Positions 30,323-40,341 of a stretch of 64,000 nucleotides of DNA are shown in pieces. The stretch's first letter is position 1. Each line of letters opens with the position of its first letter. The stretch lies in the NCBI GenBank assembly GCA_964438295.1, contig CAYTKR010000011.1, positions 2,782 through 66,781 on the forward strand, given 5' to 3'. This DNA comes from an uncultured Anaerolineales bacterium. GTDB taxonomy: Bacteria > Chloroflexota > Anaerolineae > Anaerolineales > UBA11858. A model generated the notes under the pieces. The model was not told the DNA's origin. It saw nothing but the letters and a program-made list of their open reading frames with translations, and ran no database searches. A program made the position numbers and the translations under genes.

Positions 30323-30397
30323 CATGTTGAACTCGGAAAACAGATATGGCAGGGATGCTCCGTATCCCTGCCATATCTGTTTTCCGAGTTCAACATG
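30323..30397. terminator. 34-bp perfect palindrome between convergent genes (bidirectional terminator or REP-like)
   Basis: catgttgaactcggaaaacagatatggcagggat-GCTCCGT-atccctgccatatctgttttccgagttcaacatg. Confidence 0.8.
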
Positions 30398-30404
30398 ACA
30401 TCAG

Positions 30405-32486
30405 TTATTTCTGAACAGAGCAATCCTCCACTTCTGCGAGCGGGTACAACGTCCAAATCCCAACATGATCAAAGGTAAATTTTGGCTCATAGAAACAGAA
30501 TAGTGGCTCTGTGACCCACTGAACCCAGGCGTTATTCTCTTCACTCCAATCTTCGGTTTCATCGGTGTAACGGATTCGCTGAGGATCGACCACGATCAAA
30601 GAAAAACGCTGTCTGGCCAGATCCTCATAAAATGGCGCGAAGTATTCAATATCTCCCGCCAGGGCTCGATCCATCACCTGCTTTTTTTCATATTCAGGGA
30701 CCAAAGCCGCTTGCAGGTATCCAAACGTGAGCAATTGGCGTTGATCCATGAAAAGGATTTCCCCACCTTCCGTTTGAATCCGCTTGGTCTCATTTCCCAA
30801 CACTTCTTGAGCCCATAATATGTGTTTAGCTTCAGGCAGTTCAAGCGGATGCGCGCCGATCATGGGGGTAAATGCTGGAATCAATACCATTAGAAAAAAA
30901 AATGTCTTGACCCCCACTCCTTGAGTTTCTAGAGTATCGATCGTCTCGTGTCCACCATGCTCCCATGCAAGTCCAGCTACGATCACCGCTCCAACCAGGA
31001 ACATATCCAGGTTATGCAGATTGCCACCACCACCAATTTTTACACTGATGACGATCCCCAATCCTAAGAATACCAGCAATCCTGCAGCCAAGCCGGACTT
31101 TTGCCAGGAATTGAGCTTCCAACGCTTAGATCGAATGAGATATACCAAAAATATGATCAGCGGAGCTGACGCCAAGATCAGGCCCAAAACAATCCCCAGG
31201 CCATAGGTTGAGTTGGGCCACAGGCGATCCCACAACAAGGGTTGATCTGTGAGGAAGGTATTGCTCCCGATGCTGACCGCTTCGACCGCGTCCGTGGTAT
31301 CGGTGAACGAAACTTCAGGAACTGGTGAATCAGTATTGACCTCAGAAACATTCCCCAGGTAGCGTGCCACCCTGTTCCAGCCGCGCTGGATGCCTACTCC
31401 GCCTAAGAATCCGGCCAGCCCGTAAACGGTCACCCGGAGCCAATCTCGCCAGGTGAAGCGCGCCCCATTCTTTTTTTTGCCATCGACCAATGCCACCATG
31501 ACCGCCCAGATCGCCGGGGCGACCATCCAGGTGAGCCGACTGAGTTGGGCGTAATACCCGGCCAGATAGATCAAAGGCAAAGCCAGCCAAATCGGTTTTC
31601 GGCGTGCACCGACGACGAGAATAGCACTGAGCACCAGGGGAGTGTAAATCGGTCCCTGGTACAAGAAGGTAAACGCCCACAGGCCAAGCCAAATCCAATC
31701 TTTGAGCTTCCCTGGCAAGGGTCGGAAAACCATCCATCCCAAGAGAATGTAAGGAACTGTAAGCACTATCGCTGACCATATCCGAATATCCAGAATTGAT
31801 ACGTGATCGAAGATAAAAGGCAACCCCCATAGCGATTGTCTTCCGATATCGATATAGGCCTCGAACTTGGCATCCAGTGGATAATCGTACAAACGTCGCC
31901 CATACAGCCAAGAGTAATCCCATATGCGGTTACCCTCGGACCAGGTCAGAGAAAAGGGGTAATCGGTCACATGGACGAATTCCTTTGCACCGGCAAAAAT
32001 TACCCCGGCAAAGATAACGCTCACCATCAGAGGCCGCCAGCGAATGAGCTTATCTTGATCACGGGTCGCGAAGATGGCCATAGCGATGACAACTGCTAAA
32101 AAGAACGCTAGGCGAAATGCACTCCCAATCAGTTTAAATCCCAGTGGAGTGTATAGGAAAATCTTCGCCGGGATCAATGCCAACACGACAAATAGTAGCC
32201 AGCGCAACCAAGTCAGGCGATCTCGCCATCCAGCCAGGGTGCGACTAAGTGGTTCAATACGTTCTGGCATCCACAAGATCAGCATCCCAAACACAAATGC
32301 CAGCGCACCAAAGATCATCATCCCTGCCAAAGGGATACCCCAGGTGAGGGTGAATTTGCTGATCCAGTTCGTCGTGTCCTCAGCAACCCAGTAAAAGTCT
32401 TGAATTGCCGAGACGAGCAAGATGCAAACAATCAGGGTGAGAGCAGCCCGAAAGAAAGCCCCCTGACGATCAAGCCAGATATTCAT
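30405..32486 (-). CDS. Polytopic membrane protein, putative GT-C (paralog of 53574)
   Basis: Many TMs. TDYPFSLTWSEGNR, YQGPIY, SVKIGGGGNLHNLD. Confidence 0.6.
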   Translation of the reverse strand: MNIWLDRQGAFFRAALTLIVCILLVSAIQDFYWVAEDTTNWISKFTLTWGIPLAGMMIFGALAFVFGMLILWMPERIEPLSRTLAGWRDRLTWLRWLLFVVLALIPAKIFLYTPLGFKLIGSAFRLAFFLAVVIAMAIFATRDQDKLIRWRPLMVSVIFAGVIFAGAKEFVHVTDYPFSLTWSEGNRIWDYSWLYGRRLYDYPLDAKFEAYIDIGRQSLWGLPFIFDHVSILDIRIWSAIVLTVPYILLGWMVFRPLPGKLKDWIWLGLWAFTFLYQGPIYTPLVLSAILVVGARRKPIWLALPLIYLAGYYAQLSRLTWMVAPAIWAVMVALVDGKKKNGARFTWRDWLRVTVYGLAGFLGGVGIQRGWNRVARYLGNVSEVNTDSPVPEVSFTDTTDAVEAVSIGSNTFLTDQPLLWDRLWPNSTYGLGIVLGLILASAPLIIFLVYLIRSKRWKLNSWQKSGLAAGLLVFLGLGIVISVKIGGGGNLHNLDMFLVGAVIVAGLAWEHGGHETIDTLETQGVGVKTFFFLMVLIPAFTPMIGAHPLELPEAKHILWAQEVLGNETKRIQTEGGEILFMDQRQLLTFGYLQAALVPEYEKKQVMDRALAGDIEYFAPFYEDLARQRFSLIVVDPQRIRYTDETEDWSEENNAWVQWVTEPLFCFYEPKFTFDHVGIWTLYPLAEVEDCSVQK

Positions 32487-32510
32487 TCAACCGTGCTCCA
32501 GTGTTCAACA

Positions 32511-33644
32511 TTAAAAAAATAAACCTTCATATTCTTCACACATCTTTTCTAAAGAATAACGCTCAGATACCAATTTTTTACTCTCTCTGGCTACTTGGCT
32601 TCGAAGTTCTGCATCTTCTAACAATTTCACCAAAGAGAGCGACAGGGATTTTACCTCACCCACCGGGAACAACAACCCGTGTTGCCCATCAACGATAACA
32701 CTGGTAATACCCTCTAAATTCGACGCGATCACCGGCAAACCCATGGCCATAGCTTCTAACATCGCTATTGGCAATCCCTCCGAGACGGACGGCAACACAA
32801 AAACATCGGCTGCGTGTAACAAAGCGAGGACATCCCGACGCGTGCCTAAGAAACGCACTGAGTTCGTGATGCCTAACTTTGAAACTAATTCTTCTAATTC
32901 TTGTCGAAGGGGACCATCGCCAACCAGTACGAAGACTGCGTGAGGGAAGTCTGCCAAAATTTCTGGGATCGCTTCCAGGAGAATCCAATGCCCCTTTTGG
33001 CTGGTCAAACGTCCCACAGAGAGAACCAGTTCCCCAACAGGATCCAGTCCCAGCGCATCCCGGAGTTTCTGCCGATCTTCAGAGCTAAAGGCATCCTCAA
33101 GAGGGAGTTTCACTCCATTGAGGATCAAAACCACTTTGTCGGGCTTGCAGCGCTCCACAGAAATAGCCAGACGCTGGACGCGAGTCGATACCGCTACTAA
33201 TGCCGATACGATGCGTGAATTCACCAACATACCATGGGCGCGCTCCAACCAGGGAGAGATATTCTCGATCAAACCATGATGAGAGCCCACCCGCACAGGA
33301 ATTCCAGCCAAAAAGGCCAGGGGCAGCCCTAGCAGGTTGCTGTGAGGGGTAAAAGATTCGATCACATCGAATTGGTCACGCTTCAGTAAGCGCCACAAGT
33401 TCCACAATCCTGTGAACAACCCGAAGACACTCCCACCCTGAGCACCAGGCTCGCGAGCGCGCAAATCGATCACAGGGAATGGATATTCCGTATTCCAGGT
33501 CTCACGCAGGTGCTCTTTATCGTAAAAGAAGGCTACCGTGACACGATAGCCTTTTTCATGGAACCAGAGAGCTTGTGTCAAGAGCACGTGTTGCGCCCCT
33601 CCCACTGTCATCTGAGTACCCAAAAATAAGATCGATTTAGCCAT
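32511..33644 (-). CDS. Glycosyltransferase family 4
   Basis: GGAQ, VGRL..QKG, PSVSEGLPIAMLEAM. Confidence 0.92.
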   Translation of the reverse strand: MAKSILFLGTQMTVGGAQHVLLTQALWFHEKGYRVTVAFFYDKEHLRETWNTEYPFPVIDLRAREPGAQGGSVFGLFTGLWNLWRLLKRDQFDVIESFTPHSNLLGLPLAFLAGIPVRVGSHHGLIENISPWLERAHGMLVNSRIVSALVAVSTRVQRLAISVERCKPDKVVLILNGVKLPLEDAFSSEDRQKLRDALGLDPVGELVLSVGRLTSQKGHWILLEAIPEILADFPHAVFVLVGDGPLRQELEELVSKLGITNSVRFLGTRRDVLALLHAADVFVLPSVSEGLPIAMLEAMAMGLPVIASNLEGITSVIVDGQHGLLFPVGEVKSLSLSLVKLLEDAELRSQVARESKKLVSERYSLEKMCEEYEGLFF

Positions 33645-34569
33645 ATCGGTACCGTCGCCAAATCGAAAGCGCCCATTCTTTGGTGCGTGCTGGCAGCCAG
33701 GATCCTAGCCAGCCCAAATAGGCACTCCATTGCCAGGGCCAAAGAGCGAGGGCTTTGGCGCTATAAGACCGCACCAGATCAAGCTGCTGCTGGCTTCCTT
33801 CAGCCAGAATATTGTGGGCCACATTGCTATACAATTTAGCATAGGCGCGGCGTTGGAAACGAATGTCAAGCTGAGGGTCATCACTAAACGCTTTTTGCAA
33901 GTAACGCTCAAACGATGCCACAGCAGAAGCGCGATCCCTCGAGATATTCCCGGGATGTACCCTGATCTTGCTGAGCACTTCGGGGATCACTCCAAAGGCA
34001 TAGTGTCGAGATATCCGTCGCCAGAGATCCAGATCGGGTCCCCAACGCATTTGCTCGTCAAAACCGCCGACTTCAGCAATCACATCAGCCCTCACCAGCA
34101 CACATGGCACAGCCATCAACACCGACCAATCTAACAGGATCTCTGGGTAGACATCGCCAGAAAACCGTGATGGATCGCGTACGCCCAGGTCTGTATCCAA
34201 TCCACTGAATTTACTGTACAGAGAGTGCACTAAGCCCATAGAAAGATGGGCATCCAGATATGCAACCTGCTTTTCAAGTTTTGTCGGGAGAAAGAGATCA
34301 TCCGAATCCAGAAAGGCAAAATACTGCCCTTGTGCTAGGCGCATGGCATGATTGCGCGCGGCTGACTCGCCTTGATTTTCCTGGTAGATATAGTTAACAA
34401 TCTCCCTATTGATTAACGGCTCCAGAACCATTGCTGTTCTGTCTGAAGAACCATCATCCACGATGATAATCTCATAGTCCTTGAAGGTCTGCGCGGTTAC
34501 ACTCTCGACCGTCTCCAGGATCAAGTCGGCGCGGTTGAATGTTGGGATGATCACACTGACTTTAGGCAT
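33637..34569 (-). CDS. Glycosyltransferase family 2
   Basis: VSVIIPTFNR, VDDGSSD, ARN, FLDSDD. Confidence 0.92.
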   Translation of the reverse strand: MPKVSVIIPTFNRADLILETVESVTAQTFKDYEIIIVDDGSSDRTAMVLEPLINREIVNYIYQENQGESAARNHAMRLAQGQYFAFLDSDDLFLPTKLEKQVAYLDAHLSMGLVHSLYSKFSGLDTDLGVRDPSRFSGDVYPEILLDWSVLMAVPCVLVRADVIAEVGGFDEQMRWGPDLDLWRRISRHYAFGVIPEVLSKIRVHPGNISRDRASAVASFERYLQKAFSDDPQLDIRFQRRAYAKLYSNVAHNILAEGSQQQLDLVRSYSAKALALWPWQWSAYLGWLGSWLPARTKEWALSIWRRYRYG

Positions 34570-35896
34570 GATCCCTCAGAATTTCAGCCCAGCGTGCGAC
34601 CCGTTGGTTTACATCCGCATCCGTAATCAGATCGCTTTCATGGCCCGTCCAGGACTGGTCTTGGGTCTTGATCCCCATCATAGCCAGCCCGCGCTGCATC
34701 AAACCCCAACTAACCTTGCGAAGATTGCGCATCAACTTGGCCATGCTGATGCGCTGTAAATCCTGGACGATTTCTTCAGGCACAGGCGTGGACAATTTGC
34801 CGTTGGCTTTATCGATAAACATACGAGACAAATTGGCGATGGAATCGCCTCGGCTGATCATTAATGCGCGCAGCCAATGCTCCACAGCCACCCAATTTCG
34901 AGGTAGGTTTTCTTGGATCAGGGCATCTATAAAACCATCTTGTGTCTGGATGTGATCGGTGAATTCGTACCATTCAGCATACAGCAATTCCGGGAAGGGC
35001 TGTGGGGCGAGAATATAGATCGGCTTATGTGCGGCCGCAGCCTCCAGCAATGTGGTACTGTAAGATGAAATCACTACATCCGAAGCCAAGATCCATTCTC
35101 GTACTGTGCCCTGCTTGATGAAGTGCAGCCGTTTGGAAAGTTCTCCAGCGCACTCTCGCACCCGATCAATGAACTGCTGGGCTGGGATTGCAGGCCGGGG
35201 ACGGATGATCACTTCGATGGAATCAATTCCCCCTGCTTGCTGCCACCAGCGCGATACTGCTCGCAATGACTCGCGGGCAAAATCACGGTATTCATAGGCC
35301 TGCTGGGGATCAAAGCCCCTGCGGATGCGGGCGCGCACCATATGGTCTTCGAAAAAGGCCCAGCCATAGTTCTCTGGGATGAATACCCAGCGTTTGTCCG
35401 GGTCTAACCCAAATTCCTCTGCCAGTTGCGTGCGCTGGTTGCCGTAATACGTATTGTATGGGGATTGGTAGAGTGAGTAGGTGGGATTGCCATTGGTGAA
35501 AATATGCCTTGAGGGTACCTCGTGGGTCTGAAGATACTCAGCAAAGAAATCACCCCAAGCATGGTAAAGCACATACTCTCTAGAGAAAACATCTTTGGGG
35601 GAATTCAACTTTTTTTGAGCGCGCCCTAATACCTGTTCGTAAGAGAGGCTGACATATTCAGCCTGCGGCCAGCGTGCCACGATATCATCCAGTCCCCCCT
35701 CGAAGAGAGTAACACAATATGGCAAGGTAACGATGCGTGGCTGATAACTCCCCAGCGTCTCTTCGATGCCATGACGGATCGAAGCAATTTCGATCGAGAG
35801 GGGGCTATCGCGTTCGATCATGGCCTTGACCGCGCAGGCGATGTCCAGCTCACGAGCAACGTGTTCCACAAACAGCAGAATATCGATCGATTTCAT
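34562..35896 (-). CDS. Surface carbohydrate biosynthesis protein (GT-B-like, putative ulosonate transferase)
   Basis: VEHVARELD N-terminus, WG..GNP, IRPRP, SYSTTLLEA. Follows neuA. Confidence 0.6.
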   Translation of the reverse strand: MKSIDILLFVEHVARELDIACAVKAMIERDSPLSIEIASIRHGIEETLGSYQPRIVTLPYCVTLFEGGLDDIVARWPQAEYVSLSYEQVLGRAQKKLNSPKDVFSREYVLYHAWGDFFAEYLQTHEVPSRHIFTNGNPTYSLYQSPYNTYYGNQRTQLAEEFGLDPDKRWVFIPENYGWAFFEDHMVRARIRRGFDPQQAYEYRDFARESLRAVSRWWQQAGGIDSIEVIIRPRPAIPAQQFIDRVRECAGELSKRLHFIKQGTVREWILASDVVISSYSTTLLEAAAAHKPIYILAPQPFPELLYAEWYEFTDHIQTQDGFIDALIQENLPRNWVAVEHWLRALMISRGDSIANLSRMFIDKANGKLSTPVPEEIVQDLQRISMAKLMRNLRKVSWGLMQRGLAMMGIKTQDQSWTGHESDLITDADVNQRVARWAEILRDHA

Positions 35897-36597
35897 TGCT
35901 GGTGAGAACCTCGTTTCAACCAGAATTCAGCGAGGCCTAGGTCGTCTAGAGTGTCAATATCCACCGACGAAGCCTCATCCATCTCGTAAGGCAGGGTTTT
36001 TTCCCCATAGAGAGTATTCTGCTCGAGGGTTTCTCGCCGGATTGCCAGGATCGCCGGACCGTTACGGGCGTAAACTCGGGGCTTATCCTGCCGCCTGAGG
36101 ATCATCGGACCCGCCTCAAACGGAGTCAGATAGCCCCCCTCATCAAGGCGCATCACAGAGTTTGGGTTGAAGTTATGGGGTACGGTCACCACAGAGACAA
36201 CTGTATCCGAGTCAGAATCCAACAGCAAATCCACTGCCGAATCGATATGCGTAGCTCTACGCAGCGGAGAAGTAGGCTGCAACAAGACCACAACATCGAC
36301 CTGGAAGTTTTGTTGGTCTTTGAGCCACGCCAGCGCATGTTGGATCACGGGCAGGATCGGCGTATCATCTCCAGCTAGATCTTTGGGACGCATAAATGGG
36401 ACATCGACTCCACAAGCTCGTCCAACGTCAGCAATCTCTTGATCATCGGTATCCAGGAGCACACGCGTCAGGCGCTGGCTTTCCAGGGCGGCCTCACAGG
36501 TATATGCCAATAAAGGTTTTTCAGCTAGCAGAGCAATATTCTTCTTCGGAATGGCCTTCGATCCCCCCCGCGCCGGTATCAAGCCAAGAATATTCAC
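35893..36597 (-). CDS. neuA: Acylneuraminate cytidylyltransferase
   Basis: IPARGGSKAIPKKN, LLQPTSPLR, RRQD, NG, SVDID. Confidence 0.92.
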   Translation of the reverse strand: MNILGLIPARGGSKAIPKKNIALLAEKPLLAYTCEAALESQRLTRVLLDTDDQEIADVGRACGVDVPFMRPKDLAGDDTPILPVIQHALAWLKDQQNFQVDVVVLLQPTSPLRRATHIDSAVDLLLDSDSDTVVSVVTVPHNFNPNSVMRLDEGGYLTPFEAGPMILRRQDKPRVYARNGPAILAIRRETLEQNTLYGEKTLPYEMDEASSVDIDTLDDLGLAEFWLKRGSHQQ

Positions 36598-36599
36598 AA

Positions 36600-37763
36600 T
36601 TAGTATGTCATCCGTTTATGGATATTGATATCGGTCTGGGCCAAAATATCAGCAATGCGTTCCCCGGCGCGGCCATCCCCATAGATCGACTCTGAGGGGT
36701 AAGGCCCATGCTCGATCTGCTTTTGGATAGCAGCGATGATCTGGCCGCGGTCGTAATCGACATCGATCACATTCGAGCCGCGCTGGCGATCGATCTGCCG
36801 GGTACCGATATTGACCGCCGGCATCCCCAAAAATGGACCCTCCCGGATCGAAGCGCTGGAATTGCCAATTTTACAAGCGCAGCGCTTCATCAAGCGCACA
36901 TAGGTTTCTACCGAGAAATTCTTGTAGAAGCGGATGTAATCGTGCTCGTAATGCTCACGAAATTTGCGCATACCACGTGAAATATCTTCTGAGCCAGCAT
37001 CTACATTCGGCCAGAGCATGATCGTTGGCATTTGCATCTCGTGTAAAGCCATCAACGTTTCAGAGATCTGGCGTTCACCATCGCCATACTCTGTGGTCAC
37101 CGGGTGCTGCGAGACCAATAAGAAGGGCTCTTCCAGGTTGATCTGGCCGCCTACGCCTTCATACTCCAACCAGGCCCGTTCTGGCAGACGGTTTTTCTCA
37201 TCGGCAATATCGGCTACCAGGTCAATTCGCGGGCAGCCCACGACGTGCACTGTGGATGAGTCTTCACCCATGCGGATAATGCGATCCGCCGCACTCCGGT
37301 TGGCAGGGAAATGGATATGCGAGAGCTTGGTCACCGCATGGCGGATATTCTCATCGATGGTTCCCGAGATCTCCCCCCCCATGGTATGCGCCAGGGGGAT
37401 GTTCATATACGCTGCGGCAACCGCCGTAGCCATGGTCTCAAAGCGGTCCCCAACAGTGACCACCACATCGGGTTGCAAGTTCTCGAAGACAGTCGGCAGT
37501 TCCAGCAATCCCAAGCCCGTGGACTTGGCCATGGTCGTGGGAGTCTCGCCTTCGATGATCATCAGAACTCGGGCATCGGGTACAAAGCCATCTGCTTCGA
37601 CAGTTTCCACCACAGCGCCAAATCGATCCAGTAGGGCCGAGGCGCCTGCCACTACCTGCAGTTGCAAATCAGGATGATCCTGCACAGCATGCATCACGCT
37701 CTTGATGCTGCTGTAATTGGCCCGCGAGCCAACTACTACGCAAACTTTTCGCATACTAGCCAT
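36600..37763 (-). CDS. neuC: UDP-N-acetylglucosamine 2-epimerase (hydrolysing)
   Basis: GSRANY, GDRFE, GGE.SGTIDE.IRHAVTKLSHIHF, HPVT, GNSS. Confidence 0.9.
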   Translation of the reverse strand: MASMRKVCVVVGSRANYSSIKSVMHAVQDHPDLQLQVVAGASALLDRFGAVVETVEADGFVPDARVLMIIEGETPTTMAKSTGLGLLELPTVFENLQPDVVVTVGDRFETMATAVAAAYMNIPLAHTMGGEISGTIDENIRHAVTKLSHIHFPANRSAADRIIRMGEDSSTVHVVGCPRIDLVADIADEKNRLPERAWLEYEGVGGQINLEEPFLLVSQHPVTTEYGDGERQISETLMALHEMQMPTIMLWPNVDAGSEDISRGMRKFREHYEHDYIRFYKNFSVETYVRLMKRCACKIGNSSASIREGPFLGMPAVNIGTRQIDRQRGSNVIDVDYDRGQIIAAIQKQIEHGPYPSESIYGDGRAGERIADILAQTDINIHKRMTY

Positions 37764-38786
37764 CTACTCGTCCGAAAAATCCTTTTCCGCCAGCATTGTG
37801 CCTACAGAAATTCTATTGCGTACTTTCTTACCTAAGAACTCGTCCAAACGCGCTGCCGAAATCCCTGTGCCAGGTTTCTTGATAGCAACCATTGCGCGAG
37901 TGAGTACCTCCCCTGCGGGGATATCGGTTTGCGCAACCAAACTCTTTTCGAAAATGCGTTTCATCTCTGTGTAGGGCTCAACCTGATCCTTTTCCACCGG
38001 GTTGGCCATGATCGCTTCGATGGCTCGCACACCCTGCACCAAGTCAGCCATCTCAGCAGGCTCCAGCGAATGCGCTGCATCGCTGCCATACATCTTGCGG
38101 CTGAAGGTTAAATGCTTTTCGATCACCACAGCCCCCAGGGTCACTGCAGCGAAAATGGCGTAATTGGTCAACGTGTGATCAGATAGCCCCACCGGCACCT
38201 GATAAAGCGCTGCCATTTCCAGCATCACATTCAAACCGACTTGCTCGTAGGGGCAGGGATATTCGCTAGTGCATTGCAACACGGTCAACTGCTGGTTATG
38301 TTTTTGGATTACCCTTACCGCGCGGTCTAACTCGTCCCAAGCGCTCATCCCTGAAGATAGGATGACCGGCTTCCCGATGCGGGCGATCTTTTCTAGCATG
38401 GGTAGGTTGGTCACTTCCCCCGAGGGGATCTTGTATTTAGGGACTCCCACCAATTCTAAAAGATCAACAGCTTCTTCAGAAAAGGGAGAGGCAAGGAAAA
38501 CGACCTCATTTGCGTCACAATGCGCTTTCAACTCTTTCCATTGCTCCAAGGAAAACCCCGTGCGCTTGAAATATTCGAACCTGGGTTCCCCTTTGAAATA
38601 GGGCGGCATGGGAGCATCGGGCAAAGTCTCCGCCTCAGAAATATGCGTCTGGAATTTGACCGCGTCCACACCGCATTCGGCCGCGGCTTCGATCAGTTTC
38701 TTGGCATTGCCAAAGCTGCCATCATGAACAGAGCCTACTTCGGCGATGATAAAGACCTTGTTCGCCATTTGGATCTCGCTACTCAT
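37764..38786 (-). CDS. neuB: N-acetylneuraminate synthase family protein
   Basis: IAEVGSVHDG, VKFQ, KIPSGE, CTSEYP, GLSDHT, IEKH and SAF domain. Confidence 0.9.
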   Translation of the reverse strand: MSSEIQMANKVFIIAEVGSVHDGSFGNAKKLIEAAAECGVDAVKFQTHISEAETLPDAPMPPYFKGEPRFEYFKRTGFSLEQWKELKAHCDANEVVFLASPFSEEAVDLLELVGVPKYKIPSGEVTNLPMLEKIARIGKPVILSSGMSAWDELDRAVRVIQKHNQQLTVLQCTSEYPCPYEQVGLNVMLEMAALYQVPVGLSDHTLTNYAIFAAVTLGAVVIEKHLTFSRKMYGSDAAHSLEPAEMADLVQGVRAIEAIMANPVEKDQVEPYTEMKRIFEKSLVAQTDIPAGEVLTRAMVAIKKPGTGISAARLDEFLGKKVRNRISVGTMLAEKDFSDE

Positions 38787-40317
38787 AGGTTTCCAACGCT
38801 ACGGCAATGGTGTCTGCAGTTGCAACATCCGCAAGCTGTACTGTTTGCATCTTATCCTCGAAGGCTAAATTCAGGCTCACTTTTTCGAGCGCGTGCGCAT
38901 ACAACCTGACTTTGCGCGCATCGACTGAATATCCGGCCTGCAGTTGATCTATTGCTTCCAAACACTTCTGCTGACTATTGGCTTGAAATACCCCTTCGCA
39001 GCCTTGATACCACGGATACCCAAACGCCAAAACAGGCTTACCCCGAATGACCGCCTGCCAACCCACTGAACCTGTCACCGTGGCTACAGTGATAGATTGG
39101 TCGATCAAATCGTAAGATGAAAACGAAGTAGGAAGCAAGGCCACATTTTCCATAGCCGCCAAATCATCATAAAAATATTCCATCCGAGCGCTGTGGGCGC
39201 GGAATGCCCATGAGCCATCAAATTGAGCCGGGTGCTCTTTGAGATATAACATCCAGTTCTCTGGAATTAATTTCGATAACATTGCAACCATCAACTCCAT
39301 ATGTACGTAGACATCGCCTTTCGGTGATGTGGTTGCTTCTGGCTGATAACTTAGCGCAACATAAAGATAGGGCTTGGTCAGGTCAACCTCGTGGGTTGTA
39401 CGCTGGTAGTAATGTCTAGCTAATTTTTTCACCCGCTGCCTTGCTTTCCAGCGAAACCAGCGATACTCAATGTTTGACATCTCAGAGTTTTCTGGAAGTG
39501 CAGACCTTTGCTTCAGATAATTCATTGGCGGCCTGATCTTTTGCCCCAGAATCTCCCACTGCTTGGCCAAATAGTTCGAATAGTTCTTAAAATCGATCAG
39601 CTTCTTGATATTCGCTTTCCAAGAGTTTTGGGCATAGATATCATTCTTGGAAACATAGCGAATATAGAGAGGAACATCATCATATATCCCTGACAGCGAG
39701 TTCAAATAACCATCCAATGCATCCGAAAGAATGATGTCATGCTTGTGTTGGTCATCTTGGAGCAGACGATTGTAGAGAGTTTCGATGTTCGTGCGGCCGT
39801 CGATTGAATCTCGCAAAAACGATAAACCGAGAGCGACCGATTCCTCGAACATCAATGTGGGGATCTCATACAATTTGCAAAGACGGTAGAAAACGTAATC
39901 ATAAACCATGTGCGGGATGGTCGAAAAGATCACTCTTTCTGGCTGGTACATTTCGATGACCGCTAGCCAGTAGCTCACCAAACGGTGATAATGGCGGATG
40001 CGCTCCTGGTATGAGAATGAGCCCAGAGCTTCCATGCGGTCCATCATTTTCAACGCAGTGCTCTCACAAACAGCAAGTTTTTCTAGCAGTGGCTTATCAA
40101 GTACAGCTGGACGAGTCGGCTGAAACTCGGAAGAGGGGATGCTTTTCACAGCATCCATCGAGGAATGAAAACATACGTTCCCGAAGCGTGCCCTGACATC
40201 TGCTTCAAACTGAGATGAGCCAATCCAATAGCAAGGCTCCCATCCAGAGCGTTCATCCAGAATCGCTGCAACATCCAGCCAAAGTTGATGATTGCATTCC
40301 GAGTAGATAACTTTCAT
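38779..40317 (-). CDS. Capsule polysaccharide biosynthesis protein (Capsule_synth-like GT-B)
   Basis: LSYQPEATT, LKEHP, VATVTGSVGWQA...GKP. Confidence 0.7.
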   Translation of the reverse strand: MKVIYSECNHQLWLDVAAILDERSGWEPCYWIGSSQFEADVRARFGNVCFHSSMDAVKSIPSSEFQPTRPAVLDKPLLEKLAVCESTALKMMDRMEALGSFSYQERIRHYHRLVSYWLAVIEMYQPERVIFSTIPHMVYDYVFYRLCKLYEIPTLMFEESVALGLSFLRDSIDGRTNIETLYNRLLQDDQHKHDIILSDALDGYLNSLSGIYDDVPLYIRYVSKNDIYAQNSWKANIKKLIDFKNYSNYLAKQWEILGQKIRPPMNYLKQRSALPENSEMSNIEYRWFRWKARQRVKKLARHYYQRTTHEVDLTKPYLYVALSYQPEATTSPKGDVYVHMELMVAMLSKLIPENWMLYLKEHPAQFDGSWAFRAHSARMEYFYDDLAAMENVALLPTSFSSYDLIDQSITVATVTGSVGWQAVIRGKPVLAFGYPWYQGCEGVFQANSQQKCLEAIDQLQAGYSVDARKVRLYAHALEKVSLNLAFEDKMQTVQLADVATADTIAVALETYE

Positions 40318-40341
40318 GAAAGGAATTCGTCCCTGGCCAGC

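Noticed and set aside
36964-37677. 237-aa + strand ORF
   Set aside because: Antisense shadow of neuC, with Ser/Thr-rich composition and no motifs.
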